IMG/VR virus record: IMGVR_UViG_3300037391_000017
Span: 39,415 to 103,414 of that record
DNA from: a virus
DNA length: 64,000 nucleotides
Direction: 5' to 3' (one strand)
A program made the translations under genes and the position numbers. A model generated the notes under the pieces. It saw only the letters and a list, made by a program, of their open reading frames with translations, did no database searches and was not told where the DNA came from. This document shows positions 40,919 through 51,869 of the stretch, in pieces (position 1 is the stretch's first letter; each line of letters opens with the position of its first letter).

Positions 40919-41713
40919 ATGTCATTTGACTACAATGTTTTGGTGATTGATCCGTTGACGCAACAGCCCATCGGTGCCTGCGACCATCAGCAGAGCTTCG
41001 AGCGGTATGTCGTGGATTTCAATGACTTTCGCACGTTGCATTACGCGGGGAACACTGCGTTGAACATGCGGGCTCCGATCAACGGCCAAGCCATGGTTCA
41101 AATGTGGATTTCAGATGAAGAAGTCCAGCAGGGTGATCCGACGTATGGTTGGACACTTGTTCGCGATCCTGACCGATTGGACGCCGTTAACTCGACCGAT
41201 CAGTTTTACAAGCTCATGTTCATCAATCCCGTCCGCCTTGTGGTGCCGCTGATCGAGGTGTCGTATTTGACATCGCAGGGATACTGCCTGAAATGCAGTG
41301 CGATGGGGTTTCTGAACGATTTCAAGAACGCGGCCTCGGGAAGCTTCGTGCAGATCACCCAACAGTCGAAACTGGCTCAAAAGGGCTTGAAATGGATTTT
41401 GACATCCCAATGCGTCTTCTATCCAACATTTGTTTGCCCGCTTAAGAGTTATGTGGGCAAGAAATTGGGTATTCAATTAACAGACACCGACATTCAGAAT
41501 GCGGTGCAGACCGCCCTGAACACGATGCAGACCGTCCAGCAGGCTCAGAACACGGTTCAGGTGCTCGATCCGTTGGAAATGATTCAAGATATTCAGTATG
41601 TTACGGCAGAAGTCGCGGCGGATGACCCGACGACCATACAGGTCGCGGCTCTGATTACGACCTTTGGCGGTACGTCAGTTCCCCTGTCGTTCCAGATGAT
41701 GGTGAATAACTAA
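40919..41713 (+). CDS. Baseplate wedge protein (gp25-like C-terminus)
   Basis: Position before the J-like gene; C-terminal DDPTTIQVAALITT pattern. Confidence 0.5.
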   Translation: MSFDYNVLVIDPLTQQPIGACDHQQSFERYVVDFNDFRTLHYAGNTALNMRAPINGQAMVQMWISDEEVQQGDPTYGWTLVRDPDRLDAVNSTDQFYKLMFINPVRLVVPLIEVSYLTSQGYCLKCSAMGFLNDFKNAASGSFVQITQQSKLAQKGLKWILTSQCVFYPTFVCPLKSYVGKKLGIQLTDTDIQNAVQTALNTMQTVQQAQNTVQVLDPLEMIQDIQYVTAEVAADDPTTIQVAALITTFGGTSVPLSFQMMVNN

Positions 41714-44700
41714 TGCCTACACCAGTAACCACTTTGACCGCTCTTCAGTTGGTGACGCCGATATTGCCGAATAATGTCCAGACGATTTCCGTGGACTCTT
41801 CGGTGCTTCCCATCGTGGTTACTGCCGATGCGAATACCACCCGCATCGAGGTATCGATCTACAACACGACCTACGCGGTGACAACTTTCACATCCGCAAC
41901 GGTCAATGGGGTGACTCAAAACACGTTTTCCGTCAGCGTGCCTCTGACCCCCTCAGTTCTGGAGACCACGGTTCAAATTCTTGCGCGAAACTACAATCCT
42001 TTCGGTGTCTGGACGCCTCTCACCGCGTTCCCGACAGGTTACACATTTGTCGATCCTAATGGAAACGTGCAGGTCGCCACTGTTGGCGGTGTTTCAGGCA
42101 GCTACGGACAGACTGGCAGCCCGCCCACCATTCCCGTGCAGCCTACGTGGAATACTGCGGTGGATGGAATCACTTTCGATGGCAGCGGCAGCACAATCAT
42201 CACGTGGACATGTCTCGGTGTCCTCGCCGTTTCTCCGACCATCAAGTTCTCGCTGATCTTTTTCCAGAGCAACCTCGCAGTCCAGATCGGCCCGCCATCG
42301 GCTATTCAGGCGTTTAAGAACCAGACCGACTGTACGCTTCAGTGGGCAACTCCATCATACCCCGGATTCATCGGGGTACGTGTGATGCTCTCAACTGACC
42401 CAGCGGGTATCAGTCCGCCATACACCCAGTTTGGCGATTTGATTACCGATGTTTCAAGCTCGGTCAATACCGTGATTGATTCGGAAGTCACGACCGCCAC
42501 TGGAACAGCAGACCCCAATACGGGGCAAGTTACAACCGTTACTACCACCTCTTCGACTACAATGCCGACAAACTACAGCACCGTGGACGTGCCGTCGTCG
42601 TATTTTGGCGCTACCACAGAGTTTTACGCGATGTTCAGCACGGTCATTCAGGAAACACAGCCCAATTCGACGACCGTTTACGAATCTCAGCAAAACGGCC
42701 CTCTGACGTGCGGGTACGTGAACCTTAAGGTAGTCAGTCCAACAGACTTCCCCGTGCTCCAGCGGCAACAGGACATCGCGGGACGCCTCATTGGGCAGAT
42801 TATGCGGCAGCAACCGAACCTCGACTTATCACCGCGTTCGGAAATCCGTGACACCATCGTTGATCCAGTTGCGTATGAACTCTCAAACATGAGCATCCGC
42901 GAATGGTTCGCCCGCTGCTCCACGTCCATCTCGGCCATTAGCCAGATCGACAACGCGAGCGGTAACGGGGTATCCGATCCGTTCAATAGCAGTCCATTCA
43001 AACAACAGATCGCACGCGCATACGGATTGAATGCGACCAACACTCAAAGCCTGATTGACACCCAGTTCAACATTCTCGGCGAGCAGGCGGGGCTGACTCG
43101 TGGCGGTGCGACTTCATCCACCGTACTACTGACATTCTTTACGTACACGCAGCCCACGCAGAGTATCACGATCCCCGAGAATGCGACCGTCGCCACTATC
43201 GCCGATGCAAGCACCCCAGCGTTAAACTTCATCACCCGTGGATCGGCGGTGTTGGACGTAAACAACTTGGCCTCGTTCTACAATGCAGTGCAGGGTTGGT
43301 GGGCAGTCACCGTACCTGCCGAATGTGCTACGACAGGTTCCGTGGGCAACGTCGGTGCGGGAACCATTCGTTCTATCGTAAGCGGGTTGCCAGCAGGTAT
43401 CAACGTCACAAACTTAACGTCGGCGGCTTATGGCTCTGACCAACAGTCCAACGCTCAGTTTGCGGCCTTAATTCAGGCGCGTCTCGTCACTGGAGTGGAT
43501 ACGGGCACGCGGCATGGTTACCTCGTAACCGCCTTGCAGACTCCGGGTATCATAGCGTGCGTCATCGTTGCGGCTGGTGATCTGGATATGCTCCGCGATT
43601 GGGACCCGATCCGTCAGAAGCATGTTTACGGCTGCGTGGACATCTATGTCGAGGGCACTACGCTTTCCCAGCAGAATGAGAGCGTCACGTTCACATACGG
43701 GACTGTGGGAACCTACGGTCAGTTATCGACATACCTGCCTCTTACGCTGAGCGATCCGAATTTGATTCGCTTCAATATCCCGACATTCAGCACGTTGGCT
43801 TTCCCTATCTACACGGCTGTTGAACTCGCCGTGACTCGTGGATCAAGCACCTTTTACCTTGGCATTGAACGCGCCCAAATCGACAACGTGGGCGGCAATA
43901 TTTTCATCAACCCGAACGACCTGTGCTATCAGTACGTGGGATCGGGAGCTACCACGGCTAAGATTCCGCAGCTTATCAATAGCATTCCAGCGACCAACAG
44001 GGTTGCCGTCGCCGCCATTGCTGGTGCCTCGGGTTCCTACACATTCGGATTATTCGCACGGCTTCAGTCGTCACTGCTTCACACCCCCGCTCTTCAGCCA
44101 GTCATTGATGTAGATTCAGTTGTGGGTGAGACGGGTGAAACGGGGACTGTGGGCAGTTCCTTGATTGAACTTATCCACACGTCCGACTTCCTGTTGTACG
44201 GCGGGTCAAACAACGCTGGGGATGAGGTCTACGTAGCTACAACAACGAGTGCTCCAGTCACCAAGACCATCACAGCGAGTACGGCGACTCCCGCCATCAT
44301 TGACATCGCCATGGATGTGCCTCTGAGCGCAACTGGCGTGCCGCAGAACATTTTATCTGTTCTGAGCACCGATCTTTCGACCTCATACGTTTGGGGAGTG
44401 GATTACACCATTGTTCCGCTGGATACCTATCACACCTACGGGTTGAATTTGCTTACTTCCTCGACTCCGATCACTCAAATCGAGATCGTGAACGGTGTGT
44501 TAACGGTCACGACTCCTAACAATTTCGGCATAGGGGCTCAAGTCACGTTGAGCCAACTCGGGGTTGCCACGTTTTTGAGTGGAGCCATTCTCACTATCGC
44601 CACAGCCTCTTCGTCGCAATTCACGGCGTTTTACAATCCAGTCCTCAACTACGCAGCGGCCACAGATTCGGGCTTCGTCACTGGGAGCGCCATCCAGAAC

Positions 44701-46041
44701 TTCGAGCAGGTGGTGGTCACGTACAACCAGTTCACGGTGTACGAGCGTCCGTCGTTTATCACTGGCGAGCAGCAAATTCTCACGGGAGTAATTCCGACGC
44801 CGCTGAACAACGCTTTCAGCTTTGTGGATAACATCTGGTTGCCAGAAAGCTATGCTCCGGGCGTACCTGTTTATCCGCCAGACCAGTATCACACCCTCAC
44901 ACTCGATGGCTGGGACGGTCTGTACAACACTACGGATGGTGGGTTAGATGTGACGGGATCAGCGGCGGCTTCGGCTGTCATAGTGGATGGCGTTACTCTC
45001 GGGTATACAACTTTGGTGGGTGCTCAAGTTCCCTATCTCAACCGTTACATCAAAGTCACCTATAACAACGGCTCAGCTAACTTGGTCATGCGTGAGAACA
45101 TTGATTTCACTCTCAATCAAAACTCCGCTACGCAAGCGTGGCAGATAACCCGTATCGGGACTGGCGGCATTCCAGACGGACAGACCGTCACTATTTCGTA
45201 TTTTGCCACGGAGACATTCACGGTTAGCACCGAGTATCCAGCCTTCGTGCAGATTCTTGCGAATGAGATTGCAATTACCAAGTCTGCCGCTGCGGACGTG
45301 CTCATTAAGGCGATGGTCGCAAGTCCAGTGGACATCACCATGACCGTTACACTGGCTGCGAATGCGTCACCTGATGTGGTTGATTCCCCGATTCGCACAG
45401 CAATCAGTATCGTGCTGGACAACGCGGAAGGTACACTGTACCAGTCCGAACTCATCAGTCAAGTTCAGGCGGTCGTGGGCGTCACCAGTGTCAACTTGCC
45501 GCTGCTCCGTTGCGCCAAAGCCGATGGCTCGTATGATATCGGAGTTGTTATCCCCACGAATACCGTGTGGATTCCACTGGCGCAAGACCCAGACTTTAGC
45601 GGCGTCGGAGTGCCAGCGAACAGCTTCATCTCAGCGTCATCCGTCCTACCCGACAGCACCATCCCGTCTGGCGGGCAGGCTAACGCCGTTGTTGACCTGC
45701 TATATCAAGGGCAGCTATTCCGCCGAGCAACGTCGGTCGCTGATTTCTTGGCTAACAGTCCTGCGGCAACGCATCTTGCAAGCACCGCCGTACCGGGGTC
45801 ATTCTACATCTTCGGCGAAAATGACAACGTTAACGGCAATGCGACCTCCGCATACGATGGGAGAATCGCAATCGTGGTGCCTTTGGATGTCACCAACCCG
45901 GGCCTCTACAGTTACTTTGTGACCTATCAGGTTTACGACGAGACTGGCGCAAGCGATATCACCGTATCGTCCACGGAGTACCTAACGGCAGGCAACATCG
46001 TCATCAACTACGTGACGCCTACTTCCACGACAGGAGTATAA
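41713..46041 (+). CDS. Baseplate J-like wedge protein (extended)
   Basis: DLSPRSEIRD, GLTRGGA, VPAEC...GSVGNVGAGTI...VTN...GSDQQSNAQF, LYQSELISQVQAVVGVTSV. Confidence 0.8.
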   Translation: MPTPVTTLTALQLVTPILPNNVQTISVDSSVLPIVVTADANTTRIEVSIYNTTYAVTTFTSATVNGVTQNTFSVSVPLTPSVLETTVQILARNYNPFGVWTPLTAFPTGYTFVDPNGNVQVATVGGVSGSYGQTGSPPTIPVQPTWNTAVDGITFDGSGSTIITWTCLGVLAVSPTIKFSLIFFQSNLAVQIGPPSAIQAFKNQTDCTLQWATPSYPGFIGVRVMLSTDPAGISPPYTQFGDLITDVSSSVNTVIDSEVTTATGTADPNTGQVTTVTTTSSTTMPTNYSTVDVPSSYFGATTEFYAMFSTVIQETQPNSTTVYESQQNGPLTCGYVNLKVVSPTDFPVLQRQQDIAGRLIGQIMRQQPNLDLSPRSEIRDTIVDPVAYELSNMSIREWFARCSTSISAISQIDNASGNGVSDPFNSSPFKQQIARAYGLNATNTQSLIDTQFNILGEQAGLTRGGATSSTVLLTFFTYTQPTQSITIPENATVATIADASTPALNFITRGSAVLDVNNLASFYNAVQGWWAVTVPAECATTGSVGNVGAGTIRSIVSGLPAGINVTNLTSAAYGSDQQSNAQFAALIQARLVTGVDTGTRHGYLVTALQTPGIIACVIVAAGDLDMLRDWDPIRQKHVYGCVDIYVEGTTLSQQNESVTFTYGTVGTYGQLSTYLPLTLSDPNLIRFNIPTFSTLAFPIYTAVELAVTRGSSTFYLGIERAQIDNVGGNIFINPNDLCYQYVGSGATTAKIPQLINSIPATNRVAVAAIAGASGSYTFGLFARLQSSLLHTPALQPVIDVDSVVGETGETGTVGSSLIELIHTSDFLLYGGSNNAGDEVYVATTTSAPVTKTITASTATPAIIDIAMDVPLSATGVPQNILSVLSTDLSTSYVWGVDYTIVPLDTYHTYGLNLLTSSTPITQIEIVNGVLTVTTPNNFGIGAQVTLSQLGVATFLSGAILTIATASSSQFTAFYNPVLNYAAATDSGFVTGSAIQNFEQVVVTYNQFTVYERPSFITGEQQILTGVIPTPLNNAFSFVDNIWLPESYAPGVPVYPPDQYHTLTLDGWDGLYNTTDGGLDVTGSAAASAVIVDGVTLGYTTLVGAQVPYLNRYIKVTYNNGSANLVMRENIDFTLNQNSATQAWQITRIGTGGIPDGQTVTISYFATETFTVSTEYPAFVQILANEIAITKSAAADVLIKAMVASPVDITMTVTLAANASPDVVDSPIRTAISIVLDNAEGTLYQSELISQVQAVVGVTSVNLPLLRCAKADGSYDIGVVIPTNTVWIPLAQDPDFSGVGVPANSFISASSVLPDSTIPSGGQANAVVDLLYQGQLFRRATSVADFLANSPAATHLASTAVPGSFYIFGENDNVNGNATSAYDGRIAIVVPLDVTNPGLYSYFVTYQVYDETGASDITVSSTEYLTAGNIVINYVTPTSTTGV

Positions 46042-48699
46042 ATGGCGACAATAACCAACATTGTCGAGACAGCGGGCAGCGTTGTCACCCTTACCGTCAA
46101 TGGTGGGTACACGTTCGCGGCGGACAACCTCGTCGAGTTGTGGGGATTGACCACGGGCACGTGGTTGAACGGGCTGATCGTCACTCTTTTGACGGGCACA
46201 ACTAACACGTCGTTGGTGTTTGCCGACCCGTCGTTGCACGGCCCTCAACCTTCAACTGAAGAGACGGGCAAAGCAACAGTATTCACGCCTCAAAACCCGC
46301 TACCAGATGAGTTGTACCTCCAACCGAGGGAGAGCCTGCTCCCTTACGAAGATGCACGCATGAACTCGTTAATTCAGGCCGTGGCGAATTTCTACATGAC
46401 TCGCAACGACCAGAGTACGTGGGGCAACTGTCTTCGAGCAATCGCCATGGAGTTGTCGAGGCTCGAATATTTCTACGCCTACGACCTCATCAACAAGATT
46501 CCGTCCTACTTGACGCCGCCAGATATTCGCCGCCGTTGGGCTGATCCCTGCTACGTGAGTTCCTATTGGCCTAGCCCCACGCAGTTTGACATCAATTTCA
46601 AGACGATGATCGTGGATTTGATCGCCGCTTATCGTCTGGGTTCCACGGTGGTCAGCATTCAGGATGTAATCTTCGCCTACACGGGCATCAACATCGTGGT
46701 GGAAGAACTCTACAAATTCATCGGGGATGGTTTCTACGACCAGTCCGACCGCAACGCGATCAAAGTTAGCGTCGAGGTGGGCGGCACCAATTCACTGCAA
46801 GACATCACCAATCTGGTTCAGCTACAGGCCATCGTCCAGAGCCTCTATGGGGCTATCGATCTCGCGAAGGCCGCACATGTGGGGCTCGAATTCACCACGG
46901 TCTTCGGTGAGGGCGAGGATTTGGACTGCCTGCTTAGTCCGATGTACGTGACGCAACAGCAGTACGATACTCTTTCGACCACATCGCAGGCGTACTACAA
47001 CCTGAATGCTTATGTGACGATCAACCCAGTTCTGTTCTGGAACCCCCTGACATCGTTTGTCAATCCCAACCAAACAAACGGACTGGGGCTCGTCATCGTG
47101 GATTCAAACGGCAACCTCCAGATGGTTACCGCGATTACGGGCAACGGCCTGAGCGGGGCTACGCGACCAGTCTGGAACATGACCGCTGGCGGCATCACTG
47201 TCGATGGCGGCATAACGTGGACGAACATCTCCTCCGCAGTTGCGACTGTCGAGATTGTGAACAATCTCCTGACAGTGACGGCGAACAATACGCTTCTTCC
47301 AACCTCCCCTGCTCCCGCTACGATCAAGTTCGTGGGTCTGGGCAACGCTGCCTTCCTTAACGGGCAACAAGTGACGGTACTTACGTCGAGTCCGACAGGG
47401 TTTACGGCGACTTACGTTAGCAACGCATACGTCACTAACATCGAGATTGAGGGAACGACACTCACCGTACTGTGCGCTAACAACTTCCAGCCCGGTATGA
47501 CTATTGAGTTTTCGGGCCTGCTCGCTGCGACTTTCTTGAATGGGCAATCGGTGATTGTAGATACCATCATATACGGCGGCTCTCCTACCGCCCCCATTGG
47601 ATTCACGGCGACATTCGCGTTCGGTTCTCCACCAATCGACTATCCATCCTTGGCTGATTCAGGTACGGCGGCTGTGACCAACTACCCACTTACGGCTGAT
47701 TTAGGCACTATCGCGTTCTTCCCAGCTACGTCGATATCCATCGCCCAGTATGGGGCGTTGACATCTCGTCTTCAAACGCTGTATCAAGCCCAGTACGTCA
47801 ACAATTGCTGCCCCGACTATTTGTCAGGCCCGCTCAATCCTGTGAAGTGTTCGCCCGTACCTGTGGGCATCACTGATACACTCCGCATCATCATTCGCGA
47901 GATCGAGCAGCCGCCATTCGCTCCGATGTTGATTCAAGCCCCAGTTCTGGGCGCTGCGGCGATGGCAGGCGTTCTCACCCCGGCTGAGCTTGTTGAGTGG
48001 AACAACGAAGTGAAGAACACACTATTCGGCGTCGAGCCTACGACTACGCTCGCGGCTTGGGGCTACAGGCTATCCCTGTCTCCTGATCCAAACCTCTCCA
48101 ATGTTACGACAGGCCCGAAGCTCACGCCCGCACAGTGGGCGGCTTTGCCAGCGATCACTTTCACAATTACGAACGCGGTCTCAGACGGCAGGAATGCGAC
48201 GTACACGTACACCGCGCTTTCGAGCACCGCACCTCTCCTTCCGCCCGATTTGCAGTTGCACGAGGGAGAGCTTGTAACCATCGCAGGCTGTGCGAATAGT
48301 AAGTTGAACGGCACCGCGAAGATCAATGATGTGACGGCAACAACATTCACGATCCCGAACCCTAATGTGATTGCAGCCGCCAATCAGACTGCTTCAGGCA
48401 ATGTTGCTCCACTGCTTCAGTCGGCGTGGACGCTTCAGTACGGGAGTTATCAATTGCTTCTGGCACCGCCTGCAACTTTGCCGCCGTATCTCGGAGTTTC
48501 ACCAATTCTCAGTTCACCGTCAAACTGGATCGAGATTGTATTCAACGCCGCCACGATGCCGAACGAGTACAACCTGATCGTCACAGGTGAAGTTGCAAAC
48601 TGGGATCAGACACATCAGATGGGCTTGCTCGCTCCGCGCCTCGATCAGGTATGGGAAGTCAGCGGGGGCGACCAATACTTCATCTTCGAAGAGACTTAA
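46042..48699 (+). CDS. Baseplate wedge/tail protein (gpI-like core with inserted beta modules)
   Basis: Follows the J-like gene; AYRLGSTVVSIQ...IDLAKAAHV core. Confidence 0.6.
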   Translation: MATITNIVETAGSVVTLTVNGGYTFAADNLVELWGLTTGTWLNGLIVTLLTGTTNTSLVFADPSLHGPQPSTEETGKATVFTPQNPLPDELYLQPRESLLPYEDARMNSLIQAVANFYMTRNDQSTWGNCLRAIAMELSRLEYFYAYDLINKIPSYLTPPDIRRRWADPCYVSSYWPSPTQFDINFKTMIVDLIAAYRLGSTVVSIQDVIFAYTGINIVVEELYKFIGDGFYDQSDRNAIKVSVEVGGTNSLQDITNLVQLQAIVQSLYGAIDLAKAAHVGLEFTTVFGEGEDLDCLLSPMYVTQQQYDTLSTTSQAYYNLNAYVTINPVLFWNPLTSFVNPNQTNGLGLVIVDSNGNLQMVTAITGNGLSGATRPVWNMTAGGITVDGGITWTNISSAVATVEIVNNLLTVTANNTLLPTSPAPATIKFVGLGNAAFLNGQQVTVLTSSPTGFTATYVSNAYVTNIEIEGTTLTVLCANNFQPGMTIEFSGLLAATFLNGQSVIVDTIIYGGSPTAPIGFTATFAFGSPPIDYPSLADSGTAAVTNYPLTADLGTIAFFPATSISIAQYGALTSRLQTLYQAQYVNNCCPDYLSGPLNPVKCSPVPVGITDTLRIIIREIEQPPFAPMLIQAPVLGAAAMAGVLTPAELVEWNNEVKNTLFGVEPTTTLAAWGYRLSLSPDPNLSNVTTGPKLTPAQWAALPAITFTITNAVSDGRNATYTYTALSSTAPLLPPDLQLHEGELVTIAGCANSKLNGTAKINDVTATTFTIPNPNVIAAANQTASGNVAPLLQSAWTLQYGSYQLLLAPPATLPPYLGVSPILSSPSNWIEIVFNAATMPNEYNLIVTGEVANWDQTHQMGLLAPRLDQVWEVSGGDQYFIFEET

Positions 48700-48702
48700 T
48701 AG

Positions 48703-49758
48703 ATGGAAAAAACGGGATACATTTCGCCGCCACAAGGAGTTCTGGAACTCAACGTCATTCGTGACGCGAACGCCCGTGTGATCCTCAATCTAGACCTCGG
48801 AATTCCCAATTTTACTGTGTTTTCCATGACCTTGCCGCTGGTGGAGAATCAGCCCCAAGCCATGAGTGAACTTTTGGCTGAGGCGATCCACGTCCTCTGC
48901 GACGAGGTTGCGAACTTCATGCTCGTGATGGACTATCAGCAGGAAGTGATCGTTCAAATCTACAGCACCGTGCTCAATTGCTACAAGGGGATGAGCAGGG
49001 AGACGGACACCGACAAGACCACGGGGGAGTTGACCGAGGACGATTTCATCAAGACATATCACGGCACATTCAACCTGCCGCAATCATTCGTAAACGAAAC
49101 ACAGAATCATGTGGTCACCGCAGGCAAGACGATTAAGCGTCCACCGAAGTACCGCAAGATTGATCTCTCGGTGGAGAAGCCCTGCAAGCCTACTACAAGT
49201 GACGTGGCTCGGGTCATCCGCCAATACAGAGGTCGCTCACTCAAAACACAGCCTAAGCCGCTGTTCGTTGTGGTGTACGATCAATTGGGTAAGCCATCGG
49301 GCACGCTCCCGCTCGGCCCACAGTTCAAGAACAAGCTGCTCAACTTGGTCAAGAAGCAGGGCTCTGCGGAATTTACTAACGCAGTCACGCTGGATAATGA
49401 ACACGAAATGCGCTATCTTGCGGTGGACGGCATTCCCGGAACGATCACAATCGACGGTCGTATCTACAGACCATCAGCGACGGCGGGGCTCGATACGGCT
49501 TTGTATTCGGGTGACGCTGGCGACTGGCTGGTAAAGCTCTTGGACGGGCGGATCGTGGGGCCGTTTCCGGGGCGTCCGAATATCGCTTCATTGCGCTATT
49601 TGAACTACCCAATTCCGAAGAACCGCTACCGCTGGCACCTCTTGAGTGAGGGGGATATTCCTGATCCTGAGCCTGAGGAGCCCGAGGAAAATGATGAAAA
49701 CGCGGTATTAGAACCTGAGGGTGGTCAGGACACCAACGCAGGGAAAATTACCCTTTAA
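48703..49758 (+). CDS. Hypothetical protein
   Basis: 351-aa ORF within the operon. Confidence 0.65.
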   Translation: MEKTGYISPPQGVLELNVIRDANARVILNLDLGIPNFTVFSMTLPLVENQPQAMSELLAEAIHVLCDEVANFMLVMDYQQEVIVQIYSTVLNCYKGMSRETDTDKTTGELTEDDFIKTYHGTFNLPQSFVNETQNHVVTAGKTIKRPPKYRKIDLSVEKPCKPTTSDVARVIRQYRGRSLKTQPKPLFVVVYDQLGKPSGTLPLGPQFKNKLLNLVKKQGSAEFTNAVTLDNEHEMRYLAVDGIPGTITIDGRIYRPSATAGLDTALYSGDAGDWLVKLLDGRIVGPFPGRPNIASLRYLNYPIPKNRYRWHLLSEGDIPDPEPEEPEENDENAVLEPEGGQDTNAGKITL

Positions 49759-49786
49759 GACTATCCCTTGCTATATCGAGGACATT

Positions 49787-50416
49787 ATGCGTAATTTTGA
49801 CCAATTCGGCAACGTCGTGTCGGACTTAAACGTCACCATCAGACGGCAAGACACGGGCGAGATTCTGTTCGAGGATCACAACGTTATCGTCAACACCTCC
49901 AAATGGCTATTCGCTCGCCTTATGGCGAACGTATTCCCCAACGATCCGAATCCGCCCTACCAGCAAGGACACGAACCGCTGTACGGCGTGTGGGGCTTGG
50001 CTCTCGGTGCAGGCTCGGCGCAGTGGGCTCCTCAAACGCAGCCCGATCCGACGCCCGTTCAGACGGCCTTGATCGCCGAATTTTTGCGTAAGCCATTGTC
50101 CAAGGTCAACTTTGTGGACAGCAACCAAAACCCTTTGAGCACGCTCAGCACCATGGTCGATTTCCAGACCACGATCAACGCCACAACCGACAACATCACA
50201 CAGGGTATCCGTGAAATGGGCTTGATCGGCGGCGGTACTTTCGGCACCAACCCGCCATCGACCGCCACTCAGATGCTCACGGCTCCATACTTTAATCCAA
50301 CCGCAGTTCCTCCGGGCCCAGCGAATTCGGTGGTGCTCATCAACTACCTGACGCTGCCGCCACTTCAACTCCCGCCCGGTGTGAACGTAATCATCAGTTG
50401 GGTACTGGCATTCTAA
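49787..50416 (+). CDS. Tail collar/fibre-attachment-like protein
   Basis: HNVIVN...LALGAGS...QTALIAEFLRK...IREMGLIGG motifs. Confidence 0.6.
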   Translation: MRNFDQFGNVVSDLNVTIRRQDTGEILFEDHNVIVNTSKWLFARLMANVFPNDPNPPYQQGHEPLYGVWGLALGAGSAQWAPQTQPDPTPVQTALIAEFLRKPLSKVNFVDSNQNPLSTLSTMVDFQTTINATTDNITQGIREMGLIGGGTFGTNPPSTATQMLTAPYFNPTAVPPGPANSVVLINYLTLPPLQLPPGVNVIISWVLAF

Positions 50417-50562
50417 TGGCGTTCTTCAAACGATTCGCAGCGAAGGTCAACGAAGGGGATAACGTCGTCTGCACCACGGAAGAGCTTGACGATTTGATGG
50501 AAGACCGCAAGAAGCGGAAGAAGAAAAAGAAGACCGACGACGACCCCGACAGCGATTCCTAA
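50416..50562 (+). CDS. Small charged protein (48 aa)
   Basis: TAATG coupling; RKKRKKKKK followed by an acidic tail. Confidence 0.45.
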   Translation: MAFFKRFAAKVNEGDNVVCTTEELDDLMEDRKKRKKKKKTDDDPDSDS

Positions 50563-50590
50563 AGTCGCTCCCACCGCAGTATTAACCCCT

Positions 50591-51385
50591 ATGGACAACG
50601 CAGCACGCCAGCTTGCCGAGCAACGGTTCAAGGCTGATCCAAACAAGTGTTTCCAGCGGCACCTGATTGAAGCATCGGCGGAACTCAATCCACGGGAAAA
50701 ATACCCCAAGGAATTCCTTGTCCCCGATGCTGTGCGAGAAATCACTCGCGCTGAGTGTGCGGCATTCATTGAACAATATGAGTACCTCGGCACCCTCGGT
50801 CGCGGCAGCGTTTACTACGGATTGTTCATGCCAAATGGTGAGATGGTTGGAGCCAACTGCTTCTGCACCAGTGGCGGCGGGATAGGGAATATCTGCGGCC
50901 CCGAGTACGTAACCAAAACCGCCAATCTCGCACGCGGCTGCTGTGTGCTTCACGCTCCTGAGAACGCTGGCAGCTATTTCACCAGCCGTTCAATCAAGAT
51001 GGCGTATGCGAAATACGGATGGCAGGTGTATTTTGCCTATAGCGACCCCAGCGCCAGCGAGAATGGTAAGCTGTATAAAATCCTGAACTGGTGCTACCTC
51101 GGTACAGGTCTCAACCACAGCGGCGGTCACTCCGATTGGGTGAAGGGAAGCATCAAGGTCAAGAGTTACGCCATATTCCGTAATGACGGCAAGGCGCTGG
51201 CGAAGTACGGCTATCCCGTGGGCTCAGGTTTGTCCAAGTGGGAATGGCTTCGCGGCGATGGCTGGACGCAGATTGTCGATCCAGATAAGGGGAAGTTCTG
51301 CTGGTTCGAGGGGAACAAACGGGAGGTACGTGCGGCGAAGGCTGCGTGCAGGTATCCTCTCAATTTACCGTATCCTGAAAAATAA
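50591..51385 (+). CDS. Mom-like (GNAT fold) DNA modification protein
   Basis: VREITRAECAAFIEQYEYLG...YGLF...LARGC...PENAGSYF...AYSDP...GKLYKILNWCYLG resembles the phage Mu Mom family. Confidence 0.7.
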   Translation: MDNAARQLAEQRFKADPNKCFQRHLIEASAELNPREKYPKEFLVPDAVREITRAECAAFIEQYEYLGTLGRGSVYYGLFMPNGEMVGANCFCTSGGGIGNICGPEYVTKTANLARGCCVLHAPENAGSYFTSRSIKMAYAKYGWQVYFAYSDPSASENGKLYKILNWCYLGTGLNHSGGHSDWVKGSIKVKSYAIFRNDGKALAKYGYPVGSGLSKWEWLRGDGWTQIVDPDKGKFCWFEGNKREVRAAKAACRYPLNLPYPEK

Positions 51386-51420
51386 ATTACGTGGTACTAT
51401 GGAAAAGGAAAGGGCACAAT

Positions 51421-51639
51421 ATGCAACGGCATCGACGGTGTTCAGAGCATAGGAAATTCGCAACACAAAAAGAAGCTGACGATGAGTTGGGTAAGGTCGC
51501 GCTGTGGGGAATGAGACGTGGCGGCAGCACGTGGCGACTGCTTAAGGTGTTTTCCTGTGGAGATCACTGGCACATTGGTAGAGATTGGGCATCGAGATTC
51601 ATGCTTCCCGAAGATAAATCTGTGGGGAAGTCTGCTTAG
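51421..51639 (+). CDS. Small hypothetical protein (C...C.D.WHIG)
   Basis: Extended -10 at 51392 and a purine-rich RBS. Confidence 0.55.
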   Translation: MQRHRRCSEHRKFATQKEADDELGKVALWGMRRGGSTWRLLKVFSCGDHWHIGRDWASRFMLPEDKSVGKSA

Positions 51640-51869
51640 TTCATCTGCTGGGGGTTAGGCCCAACGTTCTTTGGGCCGATGAAGATGTCCACTTTGCCGC
51701 CGAATTGCTTGAACCGAGTCTGTATCTCCAGAGCTTCCGCTTCAGTCTTGGCAGTGGCGTAGTCCACTAGCACCCCATCGTAAAAGCGTGCGACGATAAA
51801 CGCGGGCTTCTCTGCATCGACGTAAGCGAAAAATTCTTCGAGCTTGGATGGAAGGTTTGGCGGTTTCAC
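51636..51869 (-). CDS. Hypothetical protein
   Basis: Overlap-coupled to the upstream minus-strand gene. Confidence 0.55.
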   Translation of the reverse strand: MKPPNLPSKLEEFFAYVDAEKPAFIVARFYDGVLVDYATAKTEAEALEIQTRFKQFGGKVDIFIGPKNVGPNPQQMN

